From Mustelus asterias (lineage: Eukaryota): a DNA stretch of 64,000 nucleotides. This document shows, in pieces, positions 1 through 14,159 of this stretch; position 1 is the stretch's first letter, and the number at the start of each line of letters is the position of its first letter. The stretch is from NCBI RefSeq assembly GCF_964213995.1, contig NC_135803.1:116808001-116872000 (forward strand). The letters are read 5' to 3'. The notes under the pieces were generated by a model. The model saw only the letters and a list, made by a program, of their open reading frames with translations. It was not told where the DNA came from and did not search any database. Position numbers and translations under genes: made by a program.

Positions 1-56
1 TAATATTCAGTTTTCTAAAGAGATGTACATTGAAATATCAATATTCTACTAATTAG

Positions 57-406
57 AAATCATAGAAATCATAGAAACACTACAGTGCAGAAGGAGGCCA
101 TTTGGCCCATCGAGTCTGCACCGACCACAATCCCACCCAGGCCCTACCCAAACATATCCACATATTTACCCGCTAATCCCTCTAACCTACGCATCTCAGG
201 ACTCTAAGGGGCAATTTTTTACCTGGCCAATCAACCTAACCCGCACATCTTTGGACTGTGGGAGGAAACTGGAGCACCCGGAGGAAACCCACGCAGACAC
301 GAGGAGAATGTGCAAATTCCACACAGACAGTGACCCGAGCCGGGAATCGAACCCAGGTCCCTGGAGCTGTGAAGCAGCAGTGCTAACCACTGTGCTACCG
401 TGCCAC
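57..406 (-). mobile_element. HE1-like tRNA-derived SINE, full length
   Basis: On the minus strand: tRNA-like head (GGCACGGTAGCACAGTGGTTAGCAC..GGTTCGATTCCC), conserved core and (TTCTATGAT)n tail. TSD AATTAG at 51-56 and 407-412. Confidence 0.9.
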
Positions 407-852
407 AATTAGTGATTGTATATCACTGGAATGGACCAAGGACATGAAGTAGTACTACATTAATTCATTTTCTGACAAACCTACCCAATTTAGAAATAGA
501 TTATTCTTATTACATTTGCTCTTTCAGTCATTTGGATTGTCAGAAAGGGAGGAAAATAAGACAAAAAGTCATAGTCAAGTCCTATATCCTTTCTTCATCC
601 AAGAATGAACAATGATGATTAATGGGGTTCCTGTTTCTGACTGCTGTCCATTAAATTTGTGTTAACACTTCTGCTGAAGCTCAAGATCAGCTGACTCAGC
701 ACTGAGCATAAAGCAACATCATCCTGGTTCACAGCGAGTAGTGGCATATACTAACAAACCTATTAGGGGCTGCAGTCTATATATTTTTTTGCACACGGAT
801 GTGTTTTGGCCTGTGTTTAATCATTTACACATTTGATGGAAACATTACTTAC

Positions 853-1070
853 AAAGTAAGGGTAAAGTGATTCCAAACAAGAAAACCATCACTCCACCAA
901 TGATGGAAATTAAAAAGTAGCTCATCAGCAAGATGGTGAAGACAAACATAACTGGGTAACGACGCTTGAAATGACCGACAGCCGCCTTATTTTCAGAAGC
1001 CCACATGGAACCCATGAACATCAGTACCACCACTGCTCCACCTAGGATGATCTCCAGGGGACTCATAAAC
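853..1070 (-). CDS. ARL6IP5: ARL6IP5 coding exon 2, 218 nt (hydrophobic transmembrane hairpins); final exon lies outside the window
   Basis: Acceptor TTGACAG|G is phase-compatible with exon 1. Translates FMSPLEIILGGAVVVLMFMGSMWASENKAAVGHFKRRYPVMFVF...GGVMVFLFGITLPLL. Donor T|GTAAGT. Confidence 0.93.
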
Positions 1071-2059
1071 CTGTCAACAAAAGAAAAAAGTTAATCAGCA
1101 AGGTAGGTTGGCAGCAGTTCAAAGTTCAATTCTGCACAGGAAATTCAAGCTACCCAGGGAATTTCAAAAAAAGAGAACAAGAATACCCTTTGTAAAAGTG
1201 AATATTTCAGTTCAAGAGATGAAATTGGAGGTTTAAGTGTATATTAATATTTCTTGGATATCCATAATTCAGAAGCAATTCTCAGCTTTATGTTTGCAAA
1301 ATTCAAAATAATAGTTTATCCTAAAAGTGCTTTGGTCAGAGCAGCAGAGTAGGAGGGAGAGGAAAAGGAAACAGATGCAGTTAGTAAAAGGAAGCTTAGG
1401 AGAAGAGAAAGATAATGGCTTTGGTAATATATTACAGTAGTTGACAAATGCAACATAGGATTCCCAAGATAAGCAGCTTCAATTATAGAAGTTATTAAAT
1501 CACATGTTCCATAGCTACATAACATTTTGCACAGAACATGCTACAAACAGGCAGAACAAGGATTAAAATCTAGAATTTTGCAGTTAAATATTCTGTATTC
1601 ATCCATGTGATGGATGTTGGCCAGAGTCAGGTACACAGACCAGCTGCTAATAATGCCAAAACATAGCCAAGCGGATATAAACACCCATTTCAACACTGAA
1701 TAAACCAACCTCCTCTTTCAAAGCTTCATCTAATTACTTTGAGTACATCAAATACTTTGGTGCATCTCTTCATCATTAACCAGCATGCACATAAATAGCT
1801 AGCTCGCTAATTATACTCTGGCAAGACAGAGCTGCTCGTCCCCATCAAGAACAACTGTGAAATAGTTGGAGGACTTAAAATTAGACTGCCCATTTATTAG
1901 GCAAATTCTACTTTTCTCCCTGAATTGTGTACATCAAAGCTAAGGTAGGGACATGGCCTGTTTACTCTGCACAATGACATTTTCTCATCTCTTTGATATA
2001 GGAAAGTATTAGATCTCTTCCCCCATTTTATAAACATGGTCTCCCAGGCATTGATATCC

Positions 2060-3420
2060 AAAGCACTAGGGAGAATGAGGAGCTGAAGGGAATTAGTACA
2101 AGAAAGATTATAATGGTGAAATTAATGGGTCTGAAAGTTGATGAAGTCCAAGGGCTGATATTATGCATACTGGAGTGTTGAAAGAGGTTGCTATAGAGAT
2201 AGTGGATGCATTGGTGATGAGAAAATACTAGAATGGTTCCTGAAGATTGGAAGGAAGCAAATGTCACCCCACTATTTGAGGGAAGAAGAAAACGGAACTA
2301 CAAACCTGTTAGCCTTACATTAGTAGGGAAAATACTAGAATCAATTATAAAAGGATATGATAAATGGACTCTTGGATAATCATGTGGGCATAGTCAGCAT
2401 AGATTTATGAATGGGAAATCATGTATGACAGTTTTTTTGAGGATGTTACTAGCAAAACTGTCAAAGGAGATGTGATAGACATATTTGGATTTCCAGAAGG
2501 CTTTTGATAAAGCCCCCCATAGGAGGTTGATTAGCAAAATGAAAGCACATTGGTAGGAGGTAATATACTGGCATAGTTTAAGGATTGGCAAACCGGCAGA
2601 AAAAAGTAGGAATAAATGGGTCACTTATGTTGGAAGACTGTACCTAGAGGGGGTATTGCAGGAATCAGTATTTGGGGCCCGAGCTGTTTGCAATTTTATC
2701 AATAATTTGGATGTGGGGCTCGAATGTAATCTCCAAGTTCATGGATGATACAAAGCTAAGTGGGAACATGCAAAGGAAGATTTGGACAGACGTAGTGAGT
2801 GGGCTAGAACATGGCAGATGGAATACGAGTAATCCACTTTGTAGAAGGAACAGATGTGCAGAGTATTTCCTAAATAGTAAGAAATTAGAAAGTGTAGATG
2901 TACAAAGGGATTTGTGTATCCTTGTCCATAAGTCACTGAAGGCTAGCTGCAAGTGCAGCAAGCTATTAGAAGGCTAATGGAACGGTAGCCTTTAATCACA
3001 TGATGATTTGAGTAAAGGAGTAGTGAAGTCTTGCTTCAATTGTATAGAAGCTTGGTTAGACTGTACCTGGAGAACTGTTTGCAGTTTTGATCCCCTTACC
3101 TCAAAGGATATTACCATAGAGGGAGTGCAACAAAGGCTCACCAAACTTGTTTTGGGGATGGTGGGACTATTTTATGAAGAGAGATTGGACAAACTGAGTC
3201 GATATTCTTTAGAGTTTTTGAAGAATGAAATGTGACCTCATTGAAAGCTACAAAAAAAAAACACTTAATAGACAGGGTAGATGCAGGCGAGATGTTTCCC
3301 TTGGTTGGGGAGTCTAGAACCAAGAGGCACAATTTCAAAATATAGGAAGAAACCACTGAGGAGGAAAGATTGAGAATCTTTGGAGTTCTCTATCCCAGAG
3401 GGCTGTGGAAACTCAGTAAA
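2060..3420 (+). mobile_element. Degenerate CR1-clade LINE ORF2 fragment
   Basis: Broken reverse transcriptase motifs (DFQKAFDK, SKFMDDTKL, QRDL) across frameshifts. Confidence 0.8.
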
Positions 3421-4069
3421 AACACAAAGTTGCCATCGATGACCAAAGGCCATTCTCCCTTTTGAAGGGGGAGCTGACTGGTTGTGATTTAACCTGCTAA
3501 TGGAAACAACTTCCCTACGTCCATCCTATCTAAGCCGTTCATTATCTTGTAAGTTTCTATTAGATCTCCCCTCAACCTCCTAAACTCCAATGAATACAAT
3601 CCCACGATTCAGGGCCAAGAAATTGCCTATTCTCCATATTTGAAATAAAAAAGGCAAGGACTGTTGTTGCCATGTGACACCAAGAATGCAATGTGCTTCT
3701 ACTTCCAAGAAAACTTCCATAAGAACATGTTCCCAAGAACTGGGTGGAAGTTGAACAGTTTTCATGTGTACGCTGATGACATCCAACTCTACCTTACTTC
3801 TCCATCACCCCTTTTGACTCATCCACTGCACATACTGAGAGACAGCTTGATCAACAAATCTTGGATGAGCCACAATTTCCCTGCAAGCTAAACATTTAAG
3901 AAAGTGGTCATTGGTATTAACAGAATTCAAGCCAGTCGTCAAGTCAAAACCAAGGCAGAGCTTTTCTTCACTGATAAATTGTTGGCTGCGTTCAGTCTCA
4001 TTTCCTCCCTCATACCTGGTATCCCAGATGTCCCTATTCAAACTTTAAATTAAAATGAAAATCAATTAG

Positions 4070-4745
4070 TTAAACCATGAGCAAGTGACAACCCCTGTAA
4101 AACAAAACTTTAAAAAAGGAAACCAAATACAATTTCTGGGGGAAATAGTTCACAGCAGCGCCCACCTGAAGCATACTGGTGGACACACCTCTTCAAGGCC
4201 ACCCAACCATAAACAGTCACAGTAGAGGGGCAGACAGTTGGATGAGACGACCCCCTCTCAACTGCTTGCTGCCTTGACCTGTTGATGGCCACCTTGGCCA
4301 GGCCATGGCTTATGAGGAGATTCTCCTCCCTCTCCATCCCCATTTGCACTGGGTGACCAAAGATCAAGAGTGTGGGGCTTAAGTGCATCCAGGCATTAAG
4401 GGGCAGCCCCTTCAAGTAGCTAAAAAGCAACTGAAACCTTGGACAATCTGCACATATATGAGAGCACAGAATCCCCTATTTATACTCTTAAAAAAACAAA
4501 TTAGACAAAAATGACAGGGGTAACAAGCACAGTAATTAAAACAAATGTCAAGAGAAAACCAAAATGCCATTCCCGGGGAGATGTACCCCAGCCCCCACGG
4601 AGTCCACCAGTCGCAGAAGGTCTGAACACCACATCCTCCCTCTAAGACTAGTCTTGGAATCGCCTTTTTTTTAAAAAACCATTTTGGGGGTTAAACCAAC
4701 TAAACAAACTGACGGACAAAGTAAAGGAGGGGATTATCCCTTTAA
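4070..4745 (-). mobile_element. Tx1/L1-clade LINE 3' end fragments
   Basis: LLIFGHP...GLAKVAINRSRQQAV resembles a Tx1-type ORF2 C-terminus and is homologous to the copies at 16850 and 17540. Confidence 0.65.
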
Positions 4746-5194
4746 TGGGCTGCTATTTATATGTGCATCTTTGCGTTATATTTAGCTTTCAGTTCACATC
4801 TGTATCCTAGCTACCAAATCCATTCCCAATCTCAAGTTGAACAATTATCCTACACCCCATTGAACAATGGACATATACAATGTTCCAAAGCTCCAAACCT
4901 ATGTCACAAAGACTACCCACTTTTACCTTAACCTTGCCAATGTCCTTCTGGCCCAGTTTTGAACACTCAAATTCTTCATATCAAAAACTCTGCTTCCTGC
5001 ATCTTATCCAAAGTAGCATTTTCCCTTCACCCCATTCTCATTGATATACAATTTCCTAATGTTTCACATCTTAAAAATGATTTTCTCTAACATTTGTGCA
5101 CTATCCTTCCATTCACCTTATTAATGGTGGTTCCACAGTATATAGGTATGCCTTTGAGTTCCTTCCCTAAACCCTTCTACCCAAGGTCTACTGC

Positions 5195-6120
5195 AGAAGG
5201 AAAGGATACAGTAAATGGTAGAGCCCTTAGAAATATTAGCATACAGAGGGATCTAGGCGTGCAGATCCACAGTTCCCTGAAGGTGGCAACTCAGGTGGAC
5301 ATGGTGGTCAAGAAGGCACATGCTGGCTTTCATCGGTTGGGACGTTGAGTATAGGAATTGGAAAATCATGTTCCAGCTGTACAAGACTTTGGTTAAGCCA
5401 CATTTGGAGTATTGTGTACAATTCTGGTTGCCACACTACCGGAAGGTTGCTGATGCATTGCAAAGGGTGCAGAAGAGATTTATCAGGATGTTGCCTGGTT
5501 TGAAAGGTATTGACTATGAAGAAAGGTTGAACAAATTTGGATCGTCTTCATTGGGGCATTGGAGGATGAGGGGGGACCTGATAGAGGTTTACAAGATTAT
5601 GACAAGCTTGGATAGAGTGGATAGTCAAGAGTCTTTTTCCCAGGGTCGAAGGGTCAATTACTTGGGGGCATAAACTTCCCCCTCTCGCTTTCAAGTTAAG
5701 TGTTGTAAAGGAGCAAGTTTTTCCAGAGGGTGGTGAATGCCTTGAATGTGCTGCTGGAGGAGGTGGAAGCCGATTTTATAACATTCACGAGGCATCTGGA
5801 TAGTTACATGAATAGGCAGAGAATAGAGGGATATGGACCACAGAGGCAAAAATATATTAGATTAGAGGGGTATTTGTCAGCACAGATTTGGTGGGCCAAA
5901 GGGCCTGTTCCTGTGCTGTGCTCTGTTCTCTGTTCGCTTCTCAGGAAGCGGATACAGTAGTGACTTTTAAGGGATGTCTTGACAAGTACGTGAATGAGAT
6001 GGGAATAGAGGGATATGGTCCCCAGAAGCATTGGGGGTTTTAGTTAAGTCAGGCAGCATGGTCAGTGCAGGCTTGGAGGGCCGAAGGGCCTGTTCCTGTG
6101 CTGTAATTTTCATTGTTCTT
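5195..6120 (+). mobile_element. CR1 LINE 3' portion followed by a second short CR1 3' end
   Basis: LYKTLVKPHLEYCVQFW motif; two successive GGGCCTGTTCCTGTGCTG..(TGTTCT) tails near 5900 and 6090. Confidence 0.85.
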
Positions 6121-9100
6121 CAAGAGGCTCCTTAAAAGGCCCCTCTTTTGACTTGACATCTTTTTTTTAAAAACAAAGATGCCACGATGAAATGAGATAT
6201 TTTGCCACATTTTAAAAGGTGCTAAATTAAGCATTTGGAGTGACTTGATAACCATCTTCTTTCCATTCTTTCCCCTAATTGTGGAATTCGCTTTCAGAAG
6301 TCGGATCAAAAACTGATGAGACACAGGTTACTCCGATACCTTCGTTATTGCATCAGAGGAGAGATCGCTAGACCATGCACAAGAATGGGTTCATGAGTCT
6401 CTGTCTGGCTTACAAAACAGTTTTCAGTTATACATGACGGAGATACATCCACATACTTCTGTTAGCCAATAAGGGCATAGCTGTATTGTTACATTTTGAT
6501 TAGATTACTTTCAAGAACAAAAGGCCAATCCCTCTGAAGCCAGAACCACAATTACCTGTTAGCAGTTTCTTTAACGTGATTAGTTTCGCTGGGCCTTGTC
6601 GCCCTCGCCTCAGGCCCTTTCCAAAACCAGTTTATCCCTCAACCGATTTCTAGTTACGCATCCCAATTTTAACCCTTTCCTCTTCGCAATCTACCTTATA
6701 CACATTCCCATAATTACACTTGGAAAACAATTTCCAAGAACACATCCTCTGGTCTGCAAAAAATATATATTTCCAGTACATCAAGGACACAATGGCCCTA
6801 TTTTGCCATTACAAGGTGCAGTTTTACACATTTTTGTTGCAGTCAGTTCTCAGCATAAGAGTTTGTAGACGAGGTTAAAATTAATGGAGGTGAAATCCAG
6901 AGGTATGCTTCTTACAAAAGAGCATTACTTGGCTGCACGATCCCTTATAAATACTCCGTAAATCATCTCTGCATTTTAAATGTTTTGTAGCTGCAACAAA
7001 CTTCAGCCACAAATTGGTGATGATAACTGCATCATTGGGAGTCAGTGCCAAAATGTGCCACAGCTATCAGCCAGGTACTACAGCAGCACAGTAACGAGGG
7101 GGGCGGGGGGACAAAATACTAATTAAAACAAAGGATGATACCAAACCATGTGCACAACCTGCAAGTTGGACTCAAAAATGCACCCTACATCCCATCTTCC
7201 AAATGTCAATTTACATCAAGTATCTTCAATATTTCTTCAGAATATGTCCAGACTTATATTGGATGAAAATGAGCAAATAACTGGGGCCCAAGGAAATTGC
7301 TTCATGGATGTCATTAAACATGACAAAAAAAACGAATTTAACCAGTGGAATACTACTCCAAAATCCAGCTCCTAGCAGCAAATTACTGTTGCCATGTTCC
7401 TATTGTATTCCCTCAAGCCAGTGTTGTATGAGTAACAACATTTTTTTAAAAATGCATAGTTTCCTCATGATACCAGTTTTCCATGGTGCATAAGGACAGG
7501 AAACATGAACTCAGCCAATGAAAATGCTTACCCCCATGTGAAGCAAACTGGTCGACTAATGACAGCGCCAGTCATTCCACAGCACTGAACTCATCATCTA
7601 TCTTCTGCTTTCAAATTCACTGGAAACAATGAGGTGTGCCTGGTTTACTACAGCCAAGCATTAATTATCCTTATTATTCATAACATTTAGAAACGTCAGC
7701 TCCAATTTTACAGGCTGCAATATTACACAACCTACATGTAGTCAAAATTACTTGCAAAATTAATGGTTAAGCATCATAAGACTATGCCAAACTGCATTGG
7801 AAGTACAAATGCTTCAAGGAAATAGTAAGGGCATGTACTGATAGTTAGGCACACCTCCTCCTTTTCTACTGTGCAATATGAAGTCACTTAAACCATTTCA
7901 GTTTCATTTCAATCATTCAAGCAATACCCATTAGAGCTACCACTTAATGTAATAAAACAGTCAAAAATATATTCTTGATTGAAGCCAAAATTGTCTAAGC
8001 CCAATGCTTCAAAGTTACAGAATGTTACATAGAAATGGGCCCAGCTAATTACCATATCTGCACCAGCACACCTTTCCACAAGCCAGCTAGCCCAAATCCT
8101 CTCTCCATAACGTTTGGAACTCCTCGTATTCAAGCAATCATCTAACTCTTCAAAAAGATGAACTCTGCATCAATAACAGTTTATGGTCGATTGTTAACAT
8201 TATCCATATCCTCAAAAATTCTATCCTTCCCTGGCTGAAATCTTTTACAGACATTTGTGGCCTTTGGTTACTGACTCTGACTGGTAGGACTAATCTAATT
8301 GATCATAATTTTGAAGACCTCCCAATTTATCATTTCTTGATCTTCTCACATCTGCCCTCAAGTTGGGATATTTTATCAGATCTGCCCTCATCACTTGTAC
8401 TATCCCAGTGAATTCAAGCCACATGACATTCCTTTTTCTATCCTTAAACTATAATGCCTAGAATTTTATATATAACCCCAACTACGGTCAGATACAGTTT
8501 TATACAGGTTCAATATTACCACCACTCCACCCCACACCCCCATCTTTATCCCCTTTTAAACCTCCAGACAAAACCAAGGATTCAATTTACTTATTTTACA
8601 GTTATATTTTTCAGCGCCAAACTCCTTGATCAACCTCCATTTAAAAGAGATACAATGGAAGATATATTTACTTTTTGAAGTGTATTCTTCAGTTTTGTTT
8701 TCCAACTGTGAATTATCTACCACCACCTGTCCACTCAAAGTCTATCACAATTTTAAATACCTCACTGATACTATTATATAGAGTGTATGTGTTAATCCCC
8801 AAATCCAGACCAATATACAATATAAATACAAGAAATAAGAGTAATAGTAAATTAGAGTAGTCCCATGCATAATCCCCTCATTACATCAAAATGATTTTGA
8901 ATTGTTTTTTACCATTACCTTTCACTTTTTGCCATCCGTAATTTCATGTTACCTTTGTCAAAAGTCTCCCAGCTGGTCCCATATCAAATGTATTTTTTTT
9001 AAAAACCATTCAACTGTCAGCTACTGCATTTCCCTCATCTCTCCCACTTCAAAGGATCATATAATTGTGGCCAAGCATGACCTCAGAAATACATGTTGAC

Positions 9101-10914
9101 TCCGTGTACTGAGCAATTCTATCTCACGTTGTAGATTCTGGCAGCTCAAAAATCTGAAGCAACAACAGGCTCAATCTCCTGGTTAAGTCCAGCCTCCTTT
9201 TGTAAAGATAGTCATCATGTTTGCCACTCTATGATTTCTCTTTCGAAGAACTCTGAAAAGTTATCAGGTCCTTGATCATTTTGTCCCTAGATGGACAGCT
9301 AAAGATCAAGAGAAGTATCAAATCCCAGTTTGGGATGTGTCTACCATAAGCTCAATTAACTTTAGTTTTCTTCTTTAGAATAATAGTTGTTCTACACACC
9401 CTATTTCACTTACATATGCAGGAAGTTCAATATATCATATTAGTCTATTTATGTTATGCCCAGTAATTAGTTCCAAAGTATTTCAAACATTTGAATTAGT
9501 GATGATATTCTAGCTTTGCTTATTGGAGGTGGCATTAGGTTAAGTGTGTTTCTGATCGTGATATCTAAAATTTACCCAAAGAAATCTGCTTTTGTAATGG
9601 GCTACACCATTTTAGTAGACTACCAATAAAGATGATCCTTCATTAGATTAAGTGGCAACTGGTTTGATAGAGTGGAACTGAACCATACAATGCAGTAAAG
9701 TTCCAGATTCAATACTCAAGTATGCGGAATTATTAGTCTCAGCTGGGTCAGCAATAAGGGTGGAACAATTGGTTCAATTAGCCTTAGATTTACGGATAAA
9801 ACCACCAAATTGATTGCTATCTTGTACCTCTGTTACACAAGTCCACATGACCATCAGGTGAGAACAGGCCAGTACTTTGTTGCGAAACACTCCTATCTAG
9901 GACCACATGAAACATTCCCTTGTGGGTAGAGTACTGAAGAGCAGGGAGCAGATTTCCAGCTCGTTAAAAAAAGCACCACTTCTGGCTAAAATACAAAGCT
10001 CTATTTCTTATTTGGCATAAGTACCCCAGGATCTTTTTTTAAAAAAAAAAATCAATAAACATCAAGCAGAGTTCAGTAAAATAAAATTTGGAGCAAGAGC
10101 AATGCAGTAATTTAAATCAGAACCAATAAGTTAGGCTGTGCCAGTTATTGTAATGGACTATTTAACCAATAATTGGTGATAACGTTTCCAATTATGTGAA
10201 ATGATTTTTCCAAGTGGCCTCTGGATCATTTCAAGAATGCCCTCTTTTTAGGAAACACAGTAAGAGTCACTAAGATATTACAATATCAGCCAATACACTA
10301 ATGAAAACTATTCCATCACTTTATTGTTTGATCAAATGAAAACATGTAGATCTTCTATGTAGTGCCCAAGAAAACTCCCAGAAACATTATAAACCAAAAT
10401 ATGGCACTATATACTACAGGTAGGTTTTGAGTATCTTAAAAGATGAAAGGAAGGTGGACAGGCTAAAAGGCATCAGGAGTGTATACCAGAGCTTAGGGCA
10501 TAGGCAACTGAAGGTACAGCCACCAATGGTGGAGCAATTAAAGCAGGCATGCTGAAGAGACCAAAATCAGGAGGAGATTACAGAGATAAACAGCAGAGCC
10601 AGAGGAATTTGAAATTAAAGGATTGACTTAAAATTTCTATGTCTTCCTCAACCAAGTAGACCAGTGAACCGAGGATGATACAGGAATAGGAGATGGAGTT
10701 CAGACTCTGAATACCATTCCATGGTTGTTTGAAAAATGTTTAAGGAATAGACTTAAAGCTTGTATAATCAGTTCTGATCATTTTTAAATGAGTAAAACGA
10801 AAGAAAATGTTAGTTTATAATTCATTTCAATAAAAGTGTTATGTAATTGATGGGGGGGGGGGGAGAAGAAAGAGAAAGAAAAGAGGGGTTAGGGTTTTCT
10901 ACTAAGCGTTCCCA

Positions 10915-11250
10915 GATTTGTAGCACAGTAACACAATGGTCAACACTGCTGTCTCAGTGCCAGGTACCTTTGGGAGACTGTTTGGAGTTTCCCCCTCTCC
11001 CCCCATGTGTGCATTTCCCCTCCGGGTGCTCCAGTTTTCTCCCACTGTCCAAAGATGTGCAGGTTAGGTGGATTGGCTGTGCTAAATTGCCCCTTAGTGT
11101 CCCAATATGTGATGGTTTGGGGGATTAGCCAAGGTAAATGCTTGGCGTTAAGAGGATGGTGCAAGCCTGGGTAAGATGCTCTGAAGGAGAGTCAGTGCGG
11201 GCGTGATGGGCCAAGTGGCCTCCTTCTGCATTGTAGGGATTCTATGATTT
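10915..11250 (+). mobile_element. HE1-like SINE, older copy
   Basis: Core TCCGGGTGCTCCAGTTTTCTCCCACTGTCCAAAGATGTGCAGGTTAGG and GGGATTCTATGAT tail. Confidence 0.8.
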
Positions 11251-11782
11251 CCATGGGTTGTCTGATACATAACTTAAAAAAAAGGAAAGCCAGCAAACGT
11301 TACACTTCTCTCCAAACAGAAATACTCGGTCAAAGCAAGCTTGGCTGTGTCCCATCTACGAGTCCACTGACTCATAGTTGAAGATAAAATGAATACACTG
11401 CTGGCAGCAGAATGCACTCATTGCTGAAGGAGCGGGGTGTCTGCGAACTAATTCACCAACTAACTCAGGCAGGGACATCAAGCTAATGCATGCAATTAAC
11501 TCAAAAACAACGTAGCATAAATCGGTACAACATGAAATTACCCGGCTTCCAACTTAAATACTAAAAGCTGCTGATTCAAGCATTATAAAACGTCGTGCCA
11601 AGCCACTGCGATATTAAAAGAAATGCGACTGTGTTTACATGTGAGAAATGGCACCTTGCCGAATTAATTTAAACAAAAGGAGCCAGCATCAATCTAAAGG
11701 AAGCAGCTGCTCCAAATACACTGTCCCCCTTTACAACTTTGAAACAAGGCGGCTGCGGGCCCAGGCACAAGAGCTCCTTTAC

Positions 11783-11958
11783 CCGATCAGTATAAAGATG
11801 CACACAGCCATGACCAAGTAGTTACTCTGGTAATACAGCAGGTTGCTGATCACTCGGTTGTTCCATTTGACCAAATCTCGAAAATCCGGCTGGGCGAAAC
11901 GCGCCGAACCCAAAATAAAATCATCCCAAGGTCTTAAGGGAGCGAATTGCACTTCCAT
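11783..11958 (-). CDS. ARL6IP5: ARL6IP5/PRAF3 (PRA1 family) coding exon 1, 176 nt
   Basis: Perfect Kozak GCCACCATGG. Translates [48 protein letters not shown]..., with PRA1-family LRPWDDF and NLLYYQxNY motifs. Donor GG|GTAAAG, phase 2. Confidence 0.95.
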
Positions 11959-12146
11959 GGTGGCCAGCTGCCGCACTGAATGTGAAACCGAGAGAGATGA
12001 CAAGCAGCTTAAAGAGGCGTCACTGGACTCCACCCGAGGCAGCCAGTGACATGGAATCAGCTGCAGCCTCACTCGGAGATTCGTGCAGCGGTTCAGAGGC
12101 CGTGTGATCCCTTATTCCCGGGATCATGTGCAGGCTTTAACCGGGA
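11959..12146 (-). promoter_or_regulatory. ARL6IP5 5' UTR / proximal promoter
   Basis: GC/CpG-enriched unique sequence directly upstream of the start codon; E-box-like TCATGTG near 12124. Confidence 0.5.
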
Positions 12147-12261
12147 TTTCTTTTGATACCAACCAAGTAGTTCTTTCGGGTAGCTCTTTCGGCACCAATC
12201 AAGTAAACGAACTCAAATTAACTTAGGGACAAATTAAAAGGGGCGGCTCCCCAAAAGGAAG
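12147..12261 (-). mobile_element. Short Tx1-like 3' end insertion with 14-bp TSD
   Basis: GGCTTTAACCGGGA at 12133-12146 and 12262-12275; the insert matches the 3' UTR of the 16850 and 17540 units. Confidence 0.85.
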
Positions 12262-12617
12262 GGCTTTAACCGGGAGCTCATACAGCCACACAACTCTGCC
12301 TTTCCCAGTAGGCAATAAGAAGACACTGAGTTGCTCCCCCAGTTCATCAAAAACATGTTCCTCTTCACCTTGACCACTAATAAAGAACAAAATCTTTTTT
12401 TTAAAAAAGAGATAGGACCTGGGTAAGATACTCGTGTCAGAGAGGCCGTGCAGACTCAATGGGCTGAATGGTCTCATCTGCACTGTAGGGATTTTGTGAT
12501 GACTAAATGCATCTACATCTACAATCGTCTCATTAGCACCCAATAATTGTGGATTTCTCCAAAGCGATTATCATATGAGAGTCTAAATTCTATTCCAGAA
12601 AGAGGCTTTAAAATCTT

Positions 12618-12920
12618 TGGCGGCACTGCTGCCTCACAGCGCCAAGGACCCGGGTTCAATTCCAGCCCTGGGTGACTCTCTGTGAAGTTTGTACGTTCTC
12701 TCCATGTCTGCGTGGGTTTCCTCCGGGTGCTCTGGTTTCCTCCCACCCTCCAAAGTTGCACATGTTGGGTTATTTGGCCATGGTAAATTGCCCCTTATTG
12801 TCAGGGATTGGCAAGGTAAATACATGGGGTTATGAGGATAGGGCTTGGGTGGGATTGTTGTCAGTGCAGGCACAATGGGCTAACGGCCTCCTTCTACATT
12901 GGAGGGATACCATTCTATAA
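12618..12920 (+). mobile_element. HE1-like SINE
   Basis: B box GGTTCAATTCC, core GCGTGGGTTTCCTCCGGGTGCTC and tail. Confidence 0.85.
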
Positions 12921-13600
12921 ACTGAAATAATATTTAGAGTACCCCTGACCCTCTCGTGCCCACTGGTCACAGAGGTCTATTGTAGTGGTTCTCAAACTGG
13001 GGGTCCATTGACTGCTGGGGGTCTGCAGAGACTTGACAGGCGTCCACAAAATAACGTGAAAATGCTTTGCGAGCAATAGTTGGCCTAACAGGTGGACAGG
13101 GCTGCTGTGGTCAATAGTAAGTAAGACAGCTGGAGGTAAGCTTGGTGCAAGCCAGGAGACAGGAATAGAGTGCAGCTGCCAAATGTGCAGCCAAGTGAGC
13201 TGGCTGGCCTATCTAGGAGGGGAACGTGCAAGGAGGAGCCCTGGGAGCACCACACAAATTGTCAGGTAGACCCACAGTTACCAAGATTGGCAGTGGGCAC
13301 CAGCTCAGCTTTGTACGAGAGAGGGAGGGTTTTAAAATATCAAATTACTACATTTTGAAATTTTTAAAAAGTCACCAAAATACAAGTATGTCCAAGGCAT
13401 CATTTTCCTTAAAGCAGGGAAGACAAAGTACAGGGCTCATCTAGAAGTAGAGAATGATTTATGGATCTCACTGGCAAACATTGCGCAACAGATGGACTCT
13501 ACAATGAGAAGCAGGCACACTGATAGGTGTTTTCTTGGAAATGTTATTAAAACACTCTTTATATGCAACACTTTCATTTAGATAAGGAAGTCTAGCCTTT

Positions 13601-13925
13601 AGGGTGGTACAGTGGCAAGCACTGCTGCTTCACAGCTCCAGGGACCTGGGGTTCGATTCCTGGCTTGGGTCATGTCTGTGTGGAGTTTGCATGTTCTCCC
13701 CGTGTCTGCGTGGGTTTCCTCCGGATGCTCTGGTTTCCTCCCACAGTTCAAAGATGTGCCGGTTAGGTTGATTGGCTATGCTAAATTGACCCTTAGTCTC
13801 CCGGCATGTGTAAATTAGAGGGATTAGCAGGATTAATATGTGGGGTTTCGGGTGGGGTTGGTGTCGGTACAGGCCTTATAGGCCAAATGGCCTCCTTCTG
13901 CACTGAAGGGTTCCTATGATTCTTT
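13601..13925 (+). mobile_element. HE1-like SINE nested in the hAT relic
   Basis: Head, core and tail match the other HE1 copies. Confidence 0.88.
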
Positions 13926-14159
13926 AAGATCAAGCATAGGATCAACTGTAAGATCAGGTGTCATGCCTGTTCTCTTATCAGCTTGGATTTAGTCTGTCTT
14001 GTTTGTGGGGATCATGAATTGCATTCGATTTGAATTTGAATTGGTTTTTGGAGCAAACGAGGAGATGGATTAGGGGCTTGCCCTTTTAACTCTGAAAAAA
14101 GAATAAAATTTTAAAATAAAAAAAGAGGTTTGTGATTACTAATCCATTTCAAATGGAGT

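Noticed and set aside
11959-12072. N-terminal extension of ARL6IP5 in the ORF track (97 aa)
   Set aside because: It starts at a non-ATG codon; the ATG at 11958 has a perfect Kozak context and matches the family N-terminus.
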